Source: a virus. Taken from it: 64,000 bases of DNA. The stretch covers positions 17,033 through 81,032 of the IMG/VR virus record IMGVR_UViG_3300009506_000013; one strand, 5' to 3'. How positions within the stretch are numbered: position 1 is the first letter of the stretch; each line of letters begins with the position of its first letter. Under the pieces are notes generated by a model. It made no database searches, had not been told where the DNA came from, and saw only the letters and a program-made list of their open reading frames with translations. Of this stretch, positions 46,704 through 57,483 are shown in pieces. The position numbers and the translations under genes are program-made.

Positions 46704-48281
46704 CTACGCAGTTCTTTGCCGAGGCGGAAAGTCTTCATCCCCCTCATCCTCTTCACCTGTTCCATCGCCAACGGGTGGCGGATTTGTCGGTAAGTCAGGG
46801 AACAGCCTTTTGTTGATCTCCTCCTGCTTCTCTCTTTCTTCTTGGATGTCCTTTTGCTCCTGCTCTTCGTCAACCCCATCCCGCGTGATCTCGCCTTTCT
46901 TGAGGTTGTGATAGAGTGTTTTGTAGCTAATGCCATCGGACTGCCACAGCCCTACCAACGCAGTCAAGTCTTGCGCGTTGAGAATGGTTTCGTCATAGTC
47001 CAAATTCAAGGCCACCACGGCCTCAATTGTCCCCGAAGCCATCCACGCCGCCGCTATATTGAGTGCCCGGCTAATGCCTTGGGATATGGTGCGGACAACG
47101 GATTGGAGTGTGGACACGTCCGATAGCATTCGCAATCGCAGAGCTTCTGGCTGTTCTGCGGTTCGCTTCTGGCTCTCTAAAAGTCTCATCCCCAAGACAG
47201 CCAGTTTGTCTTCCTTCTCTTTCAACGCATTTTCGAGCGGCTGTAATCCCTGGCCGCTAAATTCCAACATGCCGGCGCGGGCGGATGGATCGGAAGACTG
47301 CCAAATCTGATCGCCGCCAATCTTCCACACCGTACCATCATCGGTTGGAAAGCCCGCGAGCCACGGCTGAGGTATACCGCACCAATGTCGCCCGTTCTCT
47401 AAATCCGCACTGCTACGGTAGTGACTGAGAACTACGTCTGCCATGTCCTCGACAGGACTGACCTGAATTGACCAACTGACCTCTTCGGCCCCGATAACAA
47501 TAAATGGGATCTCCTCTAAATAGCGGCCATTCCGCACTGGCCAAACCTCATGGTATATGTACCATGCTGTGACCTTCTTGGTTGTTCCTTCTACAACCCA
47601 CTCCCGCTCGCGGAATACCCGCATGCGATAACGTGGCGTCCCGAACACATTGCCCTCTTCATCCTCCCACAGCAGCTGGAGCACCCGGTATTGACGGCCC
47701 GTTTGGACTTTGAATGTATCCGTGGGGTCATCCTCTTCATATGTTTCCGACAGCACCACCAAAGTAGTCATCATGGTACCACCGATCCGCTCCCGGCGCC
47801 AATTGACCACCTGTTCCGCTTCATACTCTACCAAATACGGGCGCATCTCCTTTGCGCCCTCCTCCGGCATATCAACAAGTATACCTGCACGGCCCAAACC
47901 CATTACCTCGTGGAATATGGACTTCGCAAAGCCAGACAGCGGTACACCCGTCAGCGTTACATCCTCCTCCAAATCAGACAAACTATCCGGAAGGTTCTCC
48001 ACCTCCACTTCTTTCATAAACACCATGCCGGCCATCCCGCGTATGGTTCTTTTTACGGCAGGGTAGAACACGGCGCGGGCTTTGTAGGCGTTGTAGGCAT
48101 CCGTGTTCTGCCCGCTGAGCTGGGGGAGATAGGTGGTGCCTTTGGATTTGATTTGATCAGTTCCTAGCAGCACATCCCGGCACTTTATCCACATCGGCAA
48201 ATTTGCATCATACTCTGGGTGCGTAGTGGTTATTGACCCGAAACGGTCTGCTAAATCTTTATTGGTCCCTCCAGGTTCCAT
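46704..48281 (-). CDS. portal protein (DUF4055/SPP1-like)
   Basis: HPEY...YLP...YKARAVFYP, GRAGILVD, EIPF and HYRSSADLE motifs; position before MuF. Confidence 0.85.
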   Translation of the reverse strand: MEPGGTNKDLADRFGSITTTHPEYDANLPMWIKCRDVLLGTDQIKSKGTTYLPQLSGQNTDAYNAYKARAVFYPAVKRTIRGMAGMVFMKEVEVENLPDSLSDLEEDVTLTGVPLSGFAKSIFHEVMGLGRAGILVDMPEEGAKEMRPYLVEYEAEQVVNWRRERIGGTMMTTLVVLSETYEEDDPTDTFKVQTGRQYRVLQLLWEDEEGNVFGTPRYRMRVFREREWVVEGTTKKVTAWYIYHEVWPVRNGRYLEEIPFIVIGAEEVSWSIQVSPVEDMADVVLSHYRSSADLENGRHWCGIPQPWLAGFPTDDGTVWKIGGDQIWQSSDPSARAGMLEFSGQGLQPLENALKEKEDKLAVLGMRLLESQKRTAEQPEALRLRMLSDVSTLQSVVRTISQGISRALNIAAAWMASGTIEAVVALNLDYDETILNAQDLTALVGLWQSDGISYKTLYHNLKKGEITRDGVDEEQEQKDIQEEREKQEEINKRLFPDLPTNPPPVGDGTGEEDEGDEDFPPRQRTA

Positions 48282-48295
48282 TTCCCTCTCCTCTT

Positions 48296-48340
48296 ACAAA
48301 AAACCCGGCCCCTATACTATGGGAGGTACAAGGGCCGGGC
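48296..48340 (-). terminator. intrinsic terminator upstream of the portal gene
   Basis: CCCGGCCC...GGGCCGGG stem followed by UUUUUGU. Confidence 0.5.
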
Positions 48341-48424
48341 AGGCACACAGGACAACAGGTGATTTCGGTTCAACTCCTCAATCACTTCCAAGTATAGGAC
48401 AAGCCATCAAAAATAAAAACATCT

Positions 48425-48712
48425 TTATCGTTTCTTCACACGGATCAGAATGGTTCGTGAATCCTTCTCTCCATCTGACATCGTGATATCATTTCTAACT
48501 TCATATTCAGTGTATTCACTACCATCCGTTGGAACCGTTCCCCCGCTCACCTTTACCAGGGCCACGGTGGTTGTACTCGTTTCATCATCCTTTGTTAAGC
48601 CTGTTGGAACGGTCCACGTTGATACTGAGATGGTTACTCCCTCTGGCAGGAACTCTGACCAGTCGAATCCATACCATAGTTCAGCCAGTGGTGCTTTATA
48701 TCGCACATCCAT
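48425..48712 (-). CDS. putative fibre adaptor/virion protein
   Basis: YGFDWSEFL...STWTV...VSGGT...RTILIRV pattern, common in phage fibre-associated genes. Confidence 0.5.
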   Translation of the reverse strand: MDVRYKAPLAELWYGFDWSEFLPEGVTISVSTWTVPTGLTKDDETSTTTVALVKVSGGTVPTDGSEYTEYEVRNDITMSDGEKDSRTILIRVKKR

Positions 48713-51366
48713 TATCTTTCTCCTGCTATAAAGATTCTGTTCTCATATGGAACCGTAATTGTCCGGCCCTCTTCATCCACCAACACAGTCCTGCTCTCCG
48801 CAGGAACAATTATGAAGTCATTGAAGTCATTAATATCAAACGACAGCGCCGCCCCCGGTACAAAGGAAGTCAAAAGCAAAGCCGCTACCGGAATTTCAAT
48901 GTCCCATGCCGCCGTGGCCAATACATCCGGTACATAGGAGGTTGCCACCAGCGGTGCCGCATCCGGAACAAACCACTGATCCTCCGTCACCTCCAGAGAC
49001 GGTGCTGCTGTAGCGAATGTAGCCGCCACAACAGGGACCGTCACCCCTTGTAGATCTGAAGCGAATACATCTGGAACATATCCCGCCGCCGTCAACCCGG
49101 TAGCCGGCACTTCCATCTCTTGTAGATCCGAAGCGAAGACGGTTGGAACGTATCCAGCGAATGCCGGCGCTGAAGCCGGAACGGTTATCCAATAGCTGAA
49201 TGTCTGGTCGATTGTAGGAGCGAAAGAGGACAACATCAAGTCTGCCGCAGGGACTTGTATTGTATCCGCTGCCGAAGCAAAGACATCCGGCACATAGGAA
49301 GTCAGCAACAACGCCGTCACCGGCACTTCCATCTCCTTAAGATCTGAAGCAAAGACATCTGGAACAAAAGCGGACAGCATAGCATCTGTTGCCGGAACTT
49401 CGGCGATGAAATTATCCGTCACACTAGGTGTTGGAGCGAAAGAGGCCAGTGATGGTGCTGAGGCCGGCACCTCTATATCTATTGCATTGCTTGCGCTCAC
49501 GTCTGGTACAAAGGAAGTCAGCGCCGCCGAAGTAACCGGAACTTCATACCATTGATCCTCCGTCACCTCCATCGTGGGTTCATCCGCTCCTATTGTCGGC
49601 GCGGACGCAGGAACCTCAACACCAATATTGTTCCCCGCCTCAACATCTGGAACATATCCCGCCAGCACCCCGCTCGTAACAGGGACTTCATACCACTGGT
49701 CATCCGTTGCCTCCGGCGTAGGTGCTAGGCTGGAGAAGGCCAAAGCCGTCACCCCTACAGTAATGCCTTGATTCCCTCCTGCTGTTATGTCTGGCGCTTC
49801 GGTAGCGAAGACAGGTGTACTGTTGGGAACCGTGATCCATTGGTCTTCTGTTATGAGTGGTGTAGGTGCGTATCCGGCCAATGTAGGGGTGGACGCAGGA
49901 ACCTCTACCGCAACATGGGCCGTGGCCTCGACATCCGGAACATAGCTGGCCAATGTAGCCGATGTAACAGGAACCTCCACCCCTACGCTCGCCCCTGCCG
50001 CAACAACAGGCACGAAGCCCTCGAATACCGGCGCAGAATTTGGCACAGTAATGTCAAAATTTTCCGTGGCTACTGCATCAGGCACGAAACTCGCCAACGC
50101 GGGCGCACTATTCGGGACGGTAACATCAAATCCGCCGCCCGCCGAAACATCTGGTACATAGCTGGCAAAGGAAGCATCTGTCTCCGGCACTTCAATGTTC
50201 TTATGATCAGATACCGTGGGCGCTGGAGCATATGCAACGAGCGATGGTGCTGAAGCCGGCACTTCTGTCTCTATGTTTGCGGTTGCGGTGGGTGTCGGCA
50301 CGAAAGAACCCAGCACCGTTCCTGCGGCAACGGTTATCTCCGTGGACTTCGAGCTTTCCTGTGCTCCGGTATTGTAGGCCGTGATTGCTACATAATACGT
50401 TCCCGGCGCTGAAAACTGGTGGGTGTACGCGGTAACATCTCCAACATCTATCGGAGCGCCATACGTTCCCGGCGATGTCCCGATGTAGACTTTGTACCCA
50501 TCCAGATCCGGTTCACTGTTCGCATCCCAAGTAAAATCAATCTGTGTTCCTGCCGTGGGGATGGTAATTGCGAAGGACACCAGGGCAGAAGGCACATAGC
50601 CCGCCGCACCCAGGCTCGAAACAGGGACTTCATACCATTGATCATCGGTTGCGTCCGGAGTAGGTGCGAAAACGGAAAGACCCAGAGCTGTTGCGGGCAC
50701 CTCCTCCTCTATATTGTTGGAAACATCCACAGCAGGAGCAAAGCTGGAAAGAGAAGCATCTGTCTCTGGTACAGTAACATTGAAATTTTCCGACACTACT
50801 GCATCTGGTACATAGCTGGCCAGCGCCGCGTCTGCCGCTGGTACCTCCATCTCCTTAAGATCTGAAGCAAAGACATCCGGTACATATGTTGCGAGCGACA
50901 TACTGCTAGCTGGAACTTCGATGGTAATATTTGCGGTCAGGTCTGCCGTTGGATCAAAGGATGAAAAGCTGGGGGAGCTGTTCGGAACAGTCTCGTTGTA
51001 CCCTCCAGACGCGGATACATTGACAGTTATCTCGCTGGAATAGTAGTCACCGGACCTATAGCCATGCGCACGGATCTGGAAGCTCCCCGCCGCGTCGGCA
51101 TATACGGTCTTGCTCTCTGGGTCCGTTGTTGTCTTCCCAGTCAACGGGTTTGGTGCGGATGTATAGAGTCCAGTGCTTTGCGAGGATGTCGGGATAGTTG
51201 TCCAGCTCCCGATACCCTGATCCCATTCCCAATAGAAGTCATGTGAACTCGCCCCGCCACCTCCGGCATATGTACCAGTAATCTCCATGGTGAATGAATC
51301 GGACACATTTATATTCACCGTGGCTGTTGGCTGAGTTAATGTTACTCCGCTAAGGTTCGATGCCAT
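48712..51366 (-). CDS. long repetitive fibre/decoration-like protein with FN3 insert
   Basis: Roughly 25-30 repeats of ~22 aa (xVPxxxxxLxxxxPxV); one FN3 domain. Confidence 0.7.
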   Translation of the reverse strand: MASNLSGVTLTQPTATVNINVSDSFTMEITGTYAGGGGASSHDFYWEWDQGIGSWTTIPTSSQSTGLYTSAPNPLTGKTTTDPESKTVYADAAGSFQIRAHGYRSGDYYSSEITVNVSASGGYNETVPNSSPSFSSFDPTADLTANITIEVPASSMSLATYVPDVFASDLKEMEVPAADAALASYVPDAVVSENFNVTVPETDASLSSFAPAVDVSNNIEEEVPATALGLSVFAPTPDATDDQWYEVPVSSLGAAGYVPSALVSFAITIPTAGTQIDFTWDANSEPDLDGYKVYIGTSPGTYGAPIDVGDVTAYTHQFSAPGTYYVAITAYNTGAQESSKSTEITVAAGTVLGSFVPTPTATANIETEVPASAPSLVAYAPAPTVSDHKNIEVPETDASFASYVPDVSAGGGFDVTVPNSAPALASFVPDAVATENFDITVPNSAPVFEGFVPVVAAGASVGVEVPVTSATLASYVPDVEATAHVAVEVPASTPTLAGYAPTPLITEDQWITVPNSTPVFATEAPDITAGGNQGITVGVTALAFSSLAPTPEATDDQWYEVPVTSGVLAGYVPDVEAGNNIGVEVPASAPTIGADEPTMEVTEDQWYEVPVTSAALTSFVPDVSASNAIDIEVPASAPSLASFAPTPSVTDNFIAEVPATDAMLSAFVPDVFASDLKEMEVPVTALLLTSYVPDVFASAADTIQVPAADLMLSSFAPTIDQTFSYWITVPASAPAFAGYVPTVFASDLQEMEVPATGLTAAGYVPDVFASDLQGVTVPVVAATFATAAPSLEVTEDQWFVPDAAPLVATSYVPDVLATAAWDIEIPVAALLLTSFVPGAALSFDINDFNDFIIVPAESRTVLVDEEGRTITVPYENRIFIAGER

Positions 51367-52410
51367 TTAATGATAGTCCCACTGTAAATTAGTTGGTGCT
51401 GCTGGTGGACTGCTCGCTGCATACTCAAAGCATCCCATGCTGGGAGTTGATGCATAATCAACTCCACGAATATCAACACCTTTGCCGTTGGCTCCTGTTC
51501 CCACCAGATCAGTAAACCACGAAGGCGCAGTGGTGTAACCAGAATGGTATATGTCTGCGTCAGTATCCTTAATCGAGTAATCGTGCGACGCAAGGTTTGT
51601 AAAGTTATTCGCCAGTGTGATGCTGTTGATTGAGTTCGAGCCTGCACACGTTCCATCATCATCTGCACAATAATCTTCATCCGTGCAATTCTCAATTACA
51701 TTCCCGTTGCATTGAAACCCTACTGCATTTCTAAGTTCTATAATATCATCAAAATCCGCAACGCAATCATGCCCGTTATAAACTCCATTCAGCCCATCCA
51801 TAGTAATCTGACGAGCATAGCCTGTAAATGTACCACCGCCATCATTAATTGTGACTATAGCCCGCTGATAGTTATTCGTCCAGCCTTGCAATAATAGGTT
51901 TGCTAAATAGAATGTTACAGTTCCACTCGTACTGCAAGAAACATATATTTGGGCTTGCGTCGAATCATGTATAAATAAATTCCAAAGATAAGCTGTGAAA
52001 CTTAGTGTCGTGCCGGGGTTGAATCCAATGCCTACATTTGCGACTGAGGACTGACCGATTTCGATATTGCATACTTCTATAAAATAATTTGTCCCTCCGG
52101 TAAACAGTAACCTATACGGCATCACAGCATCGTCGCCACTACCATCCGCACCCGTCCAACTTGATCCCCGGTCACTTATCCCATAACCAGCACCAGCAGT
52201 CAGTATCATTCGACAGGTTGTACTCCAACCCGACACAGAAGGGCTAATAGTACATTGACCTGTATCATCCGACTTACCACGCATCCGCCCAATACAGCCG
52301 TCACCGGAAGGTGTAGCATCCTCCACACTCGCATACCAAGCCGTCACGGTCGCATAATCCCCGCCACCTATGCTGGAAGGAATAATTGTTTTGTCAGAAA
52401 AATATGCCAT
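51367..52410 (-). CDS. beta-rich putative virion protein (beta-helix-like)
   Basis: G/T/N-rich; C-terminal DIRG...PSMGCFEY. Confidence 0.55.
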   Translation of the reverse strand: MAYFSDKTIIPSSIGGGDYATVTAWYASVEDATPSGDGCIGRMRGKSDDTGQCTISPSVSGWSTTCRMILTAGAGYGISDRGSSWTGADGSGDDAVMPYRLLFTGGTNYFIEVCNIEIGQSSVANVGIGFNPGTTLSFTAYLWNLFIHDSTQAQIYVSCSTSGTVTFYLANLLLQGWTNNYQRAIVTINDGGGTFTGYARQITMDGLNGVYNGHDCVADFDDIIELRNAVGFQCNGNVIENCTDEDYCADDDGTCAGSNSINSITLANNFTNLASHDYSIKDTDADIYHSGYTTAPSWFTDLVGTGANGKGVDIRGVDYASTPSMGCFEYAASSPPAAPTNLQWDYH

Positions 52411-53228
52411 TAATCTAGCATCCTGTCATGTACATAATTTGATAGTTGAGCAAATGTCGCCGTATATATGCACTTCTCACCAGGAACACCTCCGGCCTCT
52501 ATAATCTGCATCCCTGCTTCCGTAACATAATATTTTCTTCTATACTTCGGGAATTGGAAAGCATCCTTCACTTCAGTCTGGAATGCCTCTCGTACAATCG
52601 CCCCTGTCGCTGTGAACACAATCTGTTTTGTCTGCGGATCGGCAGATACAAAATTCGCATATCCAAGCATATTTATTACTCGTGCGACTGCCTTTTGGAA
52701 TATAAAACTTGTAGCGGATAGATCTGCTGTTATTGTATGGACGCCAGAAGGCTGATCATACTCCTGCGAAAACACCACATTCGAGACATTTACATTCCAA
52801 AATCCTGTACTGCAAACTGCCTCATAGATCCCGGCATCAAATATTACTTCATTCGGAACACTAGCATCGTAAATCGTCGCATTCCAACGAGTCAGAAAAT
52901 TCTCTACCTGTTCCCGCGTCAAGGCATTCAACTTGCTCACAGCCGATACCAATGCCGGATCTACACTCACCTTAATCCTATATCCATCTAATACCTCGTT
53001 GTGATTTTGGACCGTAAACTGCAACGGCCTCAGCCACTCTTCTTTAAAGTGTAACAAATCGGCCTGTTCCCGATCCGTCACTTCCACCCATACAAATTGT
53101 GGAAAGACGCAAGCATTGTTGCTGGCTGTGGTCTTTAACACCTCCACCATGTATCCCCGGTCAAAGTTCATATCGCCAGGAATAAAACCAGGTCTCAGTT
53201 GCGCTTTAATGAGTATGTAGCAAGTCAC
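52410..53228 (-). CDS. hypothetical protein
   Basis: 272-aa ORF in the operon. Confidence 0.6.
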   Translation of the reverse strand: MTCYILIKAQLRPGFIPGDMNFDRGYMVEVLKTTASNNACVFPQFVWVEVTDREQADLLHFKEEWLRPLQFTVQNHNEVLDGYRIKVSVDPALVSAVSKLNALTREQVENFLTRWNATIYDASVPNEVIFDAGIYEAVCSTGFWNVNVSNVVFSQEYDQPSGVHTITADLSATSFIFQKAVARVINMLGYANFVSADPQTKQIVFTATGAIVREAFQTEVKDAFQFPKYRRKYYVTEAGMQIIEAGGVPGEKCIYTATFAQLSNYVHDRMLD

Positions 53229-53339
53229 AATCTACTCCCTAATGTGGTCCCCACACCAGCCCCACAAGTGGAATTTGCTGCGTATCTACCATCCCAATCT
53301 AAAGCTCTTACAAGTAAATATGCTGGCATCTTTTATCTC

Positions 53340-56018
53340 CTACTGATGATAATTCCAAAGAAATCCTGCCGGCTTGCCGGGAACACCTGTTAGCCCTACT
53401 ACTGGGGCCAGCCCTGCCAAAGCCAAAGAACTATTCGGAACAACAATACCAGAAGTGCCCCCGGCCTCTACTGTAGGAACCTGACTGGCGAGCGCCAATG
53501 CACTATTTGGGACAGTAATATTAGTGGCCCCAGCCATACCAAACGTCACACCATGAATCTGTGCTATATCAGTCGATGTTGGTATTTGATCGAATAAAAT
53601 CAACTCTTTCGCATACGTGTTGAAGTGATAACTTCCCCACTGAGGCATGAAGAGCCGGAGATCTGCTGTACTTAGGCTGATGTTATAGTTGTAATTTCCA
53701 GTATTGGATAACAACTGTTCATTAGTATCCCATAACTCCGCCATCCAATATTTGTCTGAATCCCTTATTCCACATACCAGCAGGAACCACTCGCCTGTCG
53801 CAATATCGGACGTCATATCCAGCAGGTTGACTGATTCATAATCCGCACCGCTATTATACCCAATCAGCAACCTCAAATACATAACACCGGCTGTGTTAGA
53901 GATGATGACTGCGAAACTTCGCCGTGTATCGGTGTTATATTTCGTAATGATCCCGTCTTGGTCACCAGAAATTGGTAAGACCTTTGGGCTCAGCCATACC
54001 GCAAACGCAAACTCCTTATTCGAAGTGCCTGACTTCAAGGGGAAGTTGGATGGTAGGTCCGCATCCAGCACCTTCAAATATCCTGATCCGCTCCCGGTAT
54101 CCAGACATCCATCTCCGGTAATGTACCCAATCCCCGGCTGTTCAATTGTGGGGAGAGGCGTTCCTGCTGCTGAGGTATCTGGCAGGATCAGCAGGTCTTC
54201 GTGTGTCATGGGAGCTTCCTCATTCCATCTATAATGCCCCACAACATGCGTCTTATCCAAACACCAGTTAAACACATTGTCTGGATCCATTAAGGATTCA
54301 CACACCGCTAGCATCGCACAAATATAGCGGTTCACCTGCTCGTGGACTGTACTTGTACCCTGTAACATCTCGAAGTTGTACGATTCAACCTTTGTATCCC
54401 CGTACAAATAAGCCCGGCAAGAGCCGCCCTGCGCCAGGTTGTTGTATGTAAAGTAGTCAAACCCGTTCGTAAGCAACGCCGCATCTATGGCTGGCTTGCG
54501 ATAAGCATAGTAACCACCATAGTATCGGATCTCATCCTGTGTCGTGTGTGTATCTGCGAACAAATCTATATCAGGATAACTCGCGGTGAGTGCGACTAGT
54601 GCTTGAGACTCTGCCTCTGAATTGGCCTCTGGCCCCCAATAATCCTGATCTGCTGGCGTACCTGAACCTGACTCGCCCCACCCTTCTGATAAGTTCCGGT
54701 TGATGTTTACATATCGAGGCCATGGAGTCTTCCCATCATCTGCATAGTCATTGTCGTTCTTGCGGGTGTCCTCTATATACCCATCCACATTCAATATCGG
54801 AACAATTATATACCGGAGTCCACTTTCAATTGCTGCTGGCGTCTGGTCAAAGTAATTCAGCAGGTCATAAAGACACCGGATTGACCACGTTTCATTTCCA
54901 TGTACCCCGGCTTGTAGGTATACGGTTTTGGTGTATCCTGATGGATTAATTATAACACCAAATATCTCTCTCCCGTTCTCACTATCCCCCAAATCAATCT
55001 GCGTCCACCCGTTCGAAGTGGCCAGCGCCGCAACCCCGCTAGCATACTGGGCATACGTCAGCAAAGTTCCAGGCGTATCATAATACACAGTGTATGGATA
55101 GGAACCATCACTAACTCCAGGAGCAAGCGTAGAGAAGGATGCCGTTGCGGTTGGAACAGTTACATCTACACTCCCTGCCCCACCAGTATCTACTGTAGGA
55201 GCGGCTGTTGCTAAGGATGCCGTTGAGGTGGGAACGGTTATATTTTCCCCACCACCGCCCGCACCAGGAACTATAACAGGCCGTTGTACGTGGAAGAGCG
55301 GATCTTCAGCAGTTCCCAACGGCGCATCCATTATTCCATTAACAGTCTCATTATCAAGCCAGTGGTTCCAAAATCCATACCAGCTAAAGATACCACCAGG
55401 ATCGCGGCCTGTACTGGAGTCCGGCCTTCCTAAGACAACAGGAGAGGAGTTTGACGGCCAAGTCATCGCAATCCCGTTGTTATAATAAAAGAACCTATCA
55501 ACGAACATACTTCTATAGTTCGTTGCATCGCTCCAGCGGATTACCACCGTATGCCACTTCCCGTCCCACAATGCGGCTGGCGGAGAGTTGATGTCGATGC
55601 TGGTACCATTAACGTAGAACTGTATTGCGCCTTCTGCTGCTGTAGCCAATAATGAGAAGTCTGTATAAGCGTTAGCAAACAGCCAATAATAATAGTTGGT
55701 GGGCGTGGAGACCTTGCGCCAGCGGAAAGCGAATGTACCCACGTCCCCAATCTCATCAAACGTCAGCCCGGTATCTAAAACAACACGGTCTCCATCACAC
55801 AACACACCTTCCGGCGTCCACTGTGCAACGTAAGAAGAGGACAAAGGATTGACAAGTGACCCAGAACGGCCCCGGTGATCATAGGTTACTAGGCCATGGG
55901 TGTTGAGTAGGTTGAATGAGATTAGACCTTTGGCTAGCGGATGCGCAGTATTCAGCCTAGGCTGATACTCAAATCTGGGTTTGCCTTGTTCCGGCGTCCA
56001 AATATACGGTCTATACAT
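53340..56018 (-). CDS. modular protein: LamG/ConA-like + M14 zinc carboxypeptidase + LamG-like
   Basis: WDGKWHTVV (LamG); AGVHGNE, PILNVDG, NINRN, DTHT and FE (M14 zinc/catalytic motifs). Confidence 0.8.
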   Translation of the reverse strand: MYRPYIWTPEQGKPRFEYQPRLNTAHPLAKGLISFNLLNTHGLVTYDHRGRSGSLVNPLSSSYVAQWTPEGVLCDGDRVVLDTGLTFDEIGDVGTFAFRWRKVSTPTNYYYWLFANAYTDFSLLATAAEGAIQFYVNGTSIDINSPPAALWDGKWHTVVIRWSDATNYRSMFVDRFFYYNNGIAMTWPSNSSPVVLGRPDSSTGRDPGGIFSWYGFWNHWLDNETVNGIMDAPLGTAEDPLFHVQRPVIVPGAGGGGENITVPTSTASLATAAPTVDTGGAGSVDVTVPTATASFSTLAPGVSDGSYPYTVYYDTPGTLLTYAQYASGVAALATSNGWTQIDLGDSENGREIFGVIINPSGYTKTVYLQAGVHGNETWSIRCLYDLLNYFDQTPAAIESGLRYIIVPILNVDGYIEDTRKNDNDYADDGKTPWPRYVNINRNLSEGWGESGSGTPADQDYWGPEANSEAESQALVALTASYPDIDLFADTHTTQDEIRYYGGYYAYRKPAIDAALLTNGFDYFTYNNLAQGGSCRAYLYGDTKVESYNFEMLQGTSTVHEQVNRYICAMLAVCESLMDPDNVFNWCLDKTHVVGHYRWNEEAPMTHEDLLILPDTSAAGTPLPTIEQPGIGYITGDGCLDTGSGSGYLKVLDADLPSNFPLKSGTSNKEFAFAVWLSPKVLPISGDQDGIITKYNTDTRRSFAVIISNTAGVMYLRLLIGYNSGADYESVNLLDMTSDIATGEWFLLVCGIRDSDKYWMAELWDTNEQLLSNTGNYNYNISLSTADLRLFMPQWGSYHFNTYAKELILFDQIPTSTDIAQIHGVTFGMAGATNITVPNSALALASQVPTVEAGGTSGIVVPNSSLALAGLAPVVGLTGVPGKPAGFLWNYHQ

Positions 56019-56468
56019 TTATGAACTCTGCATGGTTACTCTACTGGCCTTTAATGTGTTCCCGCTCGCAGCCAATGCCGCCCCTGCCTCATTTTGCAAG
56101 ACTAACTTAAATGGGAATGGAAGGATCGGAATGGGACCAACGTTGACCCGGCTAGCCTGTGCGACTGATGCCTCCAACGGGAAGATGGCGGCAGGTGGTT
56201 TATCCCCACTCGATCCATCTGGCGTCTTTTCGTAGTTGCTACCATCGAATTCATAAATAATGTACACCGCTACATACGGGAAACCAGAGCCAGGAGTGAA
56301 GGATGCTAGTGCCAGTTCCAACACAAGATGGGTGTAGAGGCCGTATGTACCTGTTGTGTTGTCGATCTCGGATGATGCGGCAGAAAAGCCTGCATCTGCC
56401 AGAGCATTCAGCTCTGTAGTTAATACGCTTGCCAGCCCCTCTGCCGCTTTCCACAATGCGTCCGCCAT
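56019..56468 (-). CDS. hypothetical (putative virion) protein
   Basis: 149-aa ORF in the operon. Confidence 0.6.
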   Translation of the reverse strand: MADALWKAAEGLASVLTTELNALADAGFSAASSEIDNTTGTYGLYTHLVLELALASFTPGSGFPYVAVYIIYEFDGSNYEKTPDGSSGDKPPAAIFPLEASVAQASRVNVGPIPILPFPFKLVLQNEAGAALAASGNTLKASRVTMQSS

Positions 56469-56887
56469 TATGCTATCCTCGCTTTCCGGATATCCTCACG
56501 AGTCACCGACTGGCCAAATAACTCTTCTGCCCTGGAACCGCTCCGCTTTGTTAGTGCTATTAGAGCCGTTCGGGTAGCGGTGCCTGCGGCAAAGGCCGCC
56601 AGAAATGCGGCTTGAGTATTTGCTCCAGCAGTATCAATTTCGGACATACCAAGAATCATGCCGATGCGGGTTTGCTCTTGCGCATCGAGCGCGGCCCACT
56701 CAGCTGGAACAATAGCCTCGAACACCTCGTGCGCTGGTACAACTCCCCGGTTCACTTCTATACTTCCCCGAACTTCATTCAACATATCAGCACACGCCGA
56801 ATCCAGCCCGTTGTTGTATAGATCGGTGAGGCCATACGCATTTGGATCCGTGGTCAGTTCTGTTTTTAATGCAGTATAGTCTATCAT
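56468..56887 (-). CDS. hypothetical protein
   Basis: 139-aa ORF; LKTELTTDP...SRAEELFG. Confidence 0.6.
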   Translation of the reverse strand: MIDYTALKTELTTDPNAYGLTDLYNNGLDSACADMLNEVRGSIEVNRGVVPAHEVFEAIVPAEWAALDAQEQTRIGMILGMSEIDTAGANTQAAFLAAFAAGTATRTALIALTKRSGSRAEELFGQSVTREDIRKARIA

Positions 56888-57006
56888 TGGTTGCCTCTTT
56901 CTGGCGGGAAGGATGTTCTGCCCCTGACCAGGAACCTGCTACACGGTCTTGATCGACTCACAAAGAACTATGCCCGGCTCAGCAGGGGCAGAAAACAAAG
57001 TTCCTT

Positions 57007-57480
57007 CTAGCCGCCCGACAGGGTGAAGATGCCGTTGGCGTGAATCGTGACGGTAAGGCTGTTCCCGGTTGTTACTGTAACATCCAGCGGCGTATTGTCC
57101 AGAGTAGTCCAGCAGACCAATGGATCCGTGGGTGTCGCGGCTGGGGTTGTATCGTATATCACCGCATAGCGGCAAACAATGCTACCCCCCGAAGCATTCC
57201 ACACGGCATCATCGGAATCAAACTTAACAGTTGCGACGGAGCGCAACCACTGGTTTGCGTTCGAGATTGTGTTGGTGATGTGGAATCCGCCAGTCGTATA
57301 TCCATATTGGCTGGCGTGCTCGTTGGTAAGATCGCCGTATTCATCCCCCACCGTATCATCATTACAGTTGGAGGTGCTCAAGAATAGGGCCATATAAAAT
57401 TCATCGTCATCCATGTCGATTGAGCCATCGCCAAGGAACTCACGGAAAGTGTCGTATAGACTCCAAGCATCAGCAGCCAT
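57007..57480 (-). CDS. putative virion structural protein
   Basis: IDMDDDEFYMALF...YTTGG...YAVIYD...GIFTL pattern, seen in phage structural cassettes. Confidence 0.6.
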   Translation of the reverse strand: MAADAWSLYDTFREFLGDGSIDMDDDEFYMALFLSTSNCNDDTVGDEYGDLTNEHASQYGYTTGGFHITNTISNANQWLRSVATVKFDSDDAVWNASGGSIVCRYAVIYDTTPAATPTDPLVCWTTLDNTPLDVTVTTGNSLTVTIHANGIFTLSGG

Positions 57481-57483
57481 AGT

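Noticed and set aside
48358-48390. GGTTCAACTCC...TTCCA as a tRNA 3' half or att site
   Set aside because: The T-stem does not pair beyond 2 bp, and no D or anticodon arms are evident; it is just a hairpin.
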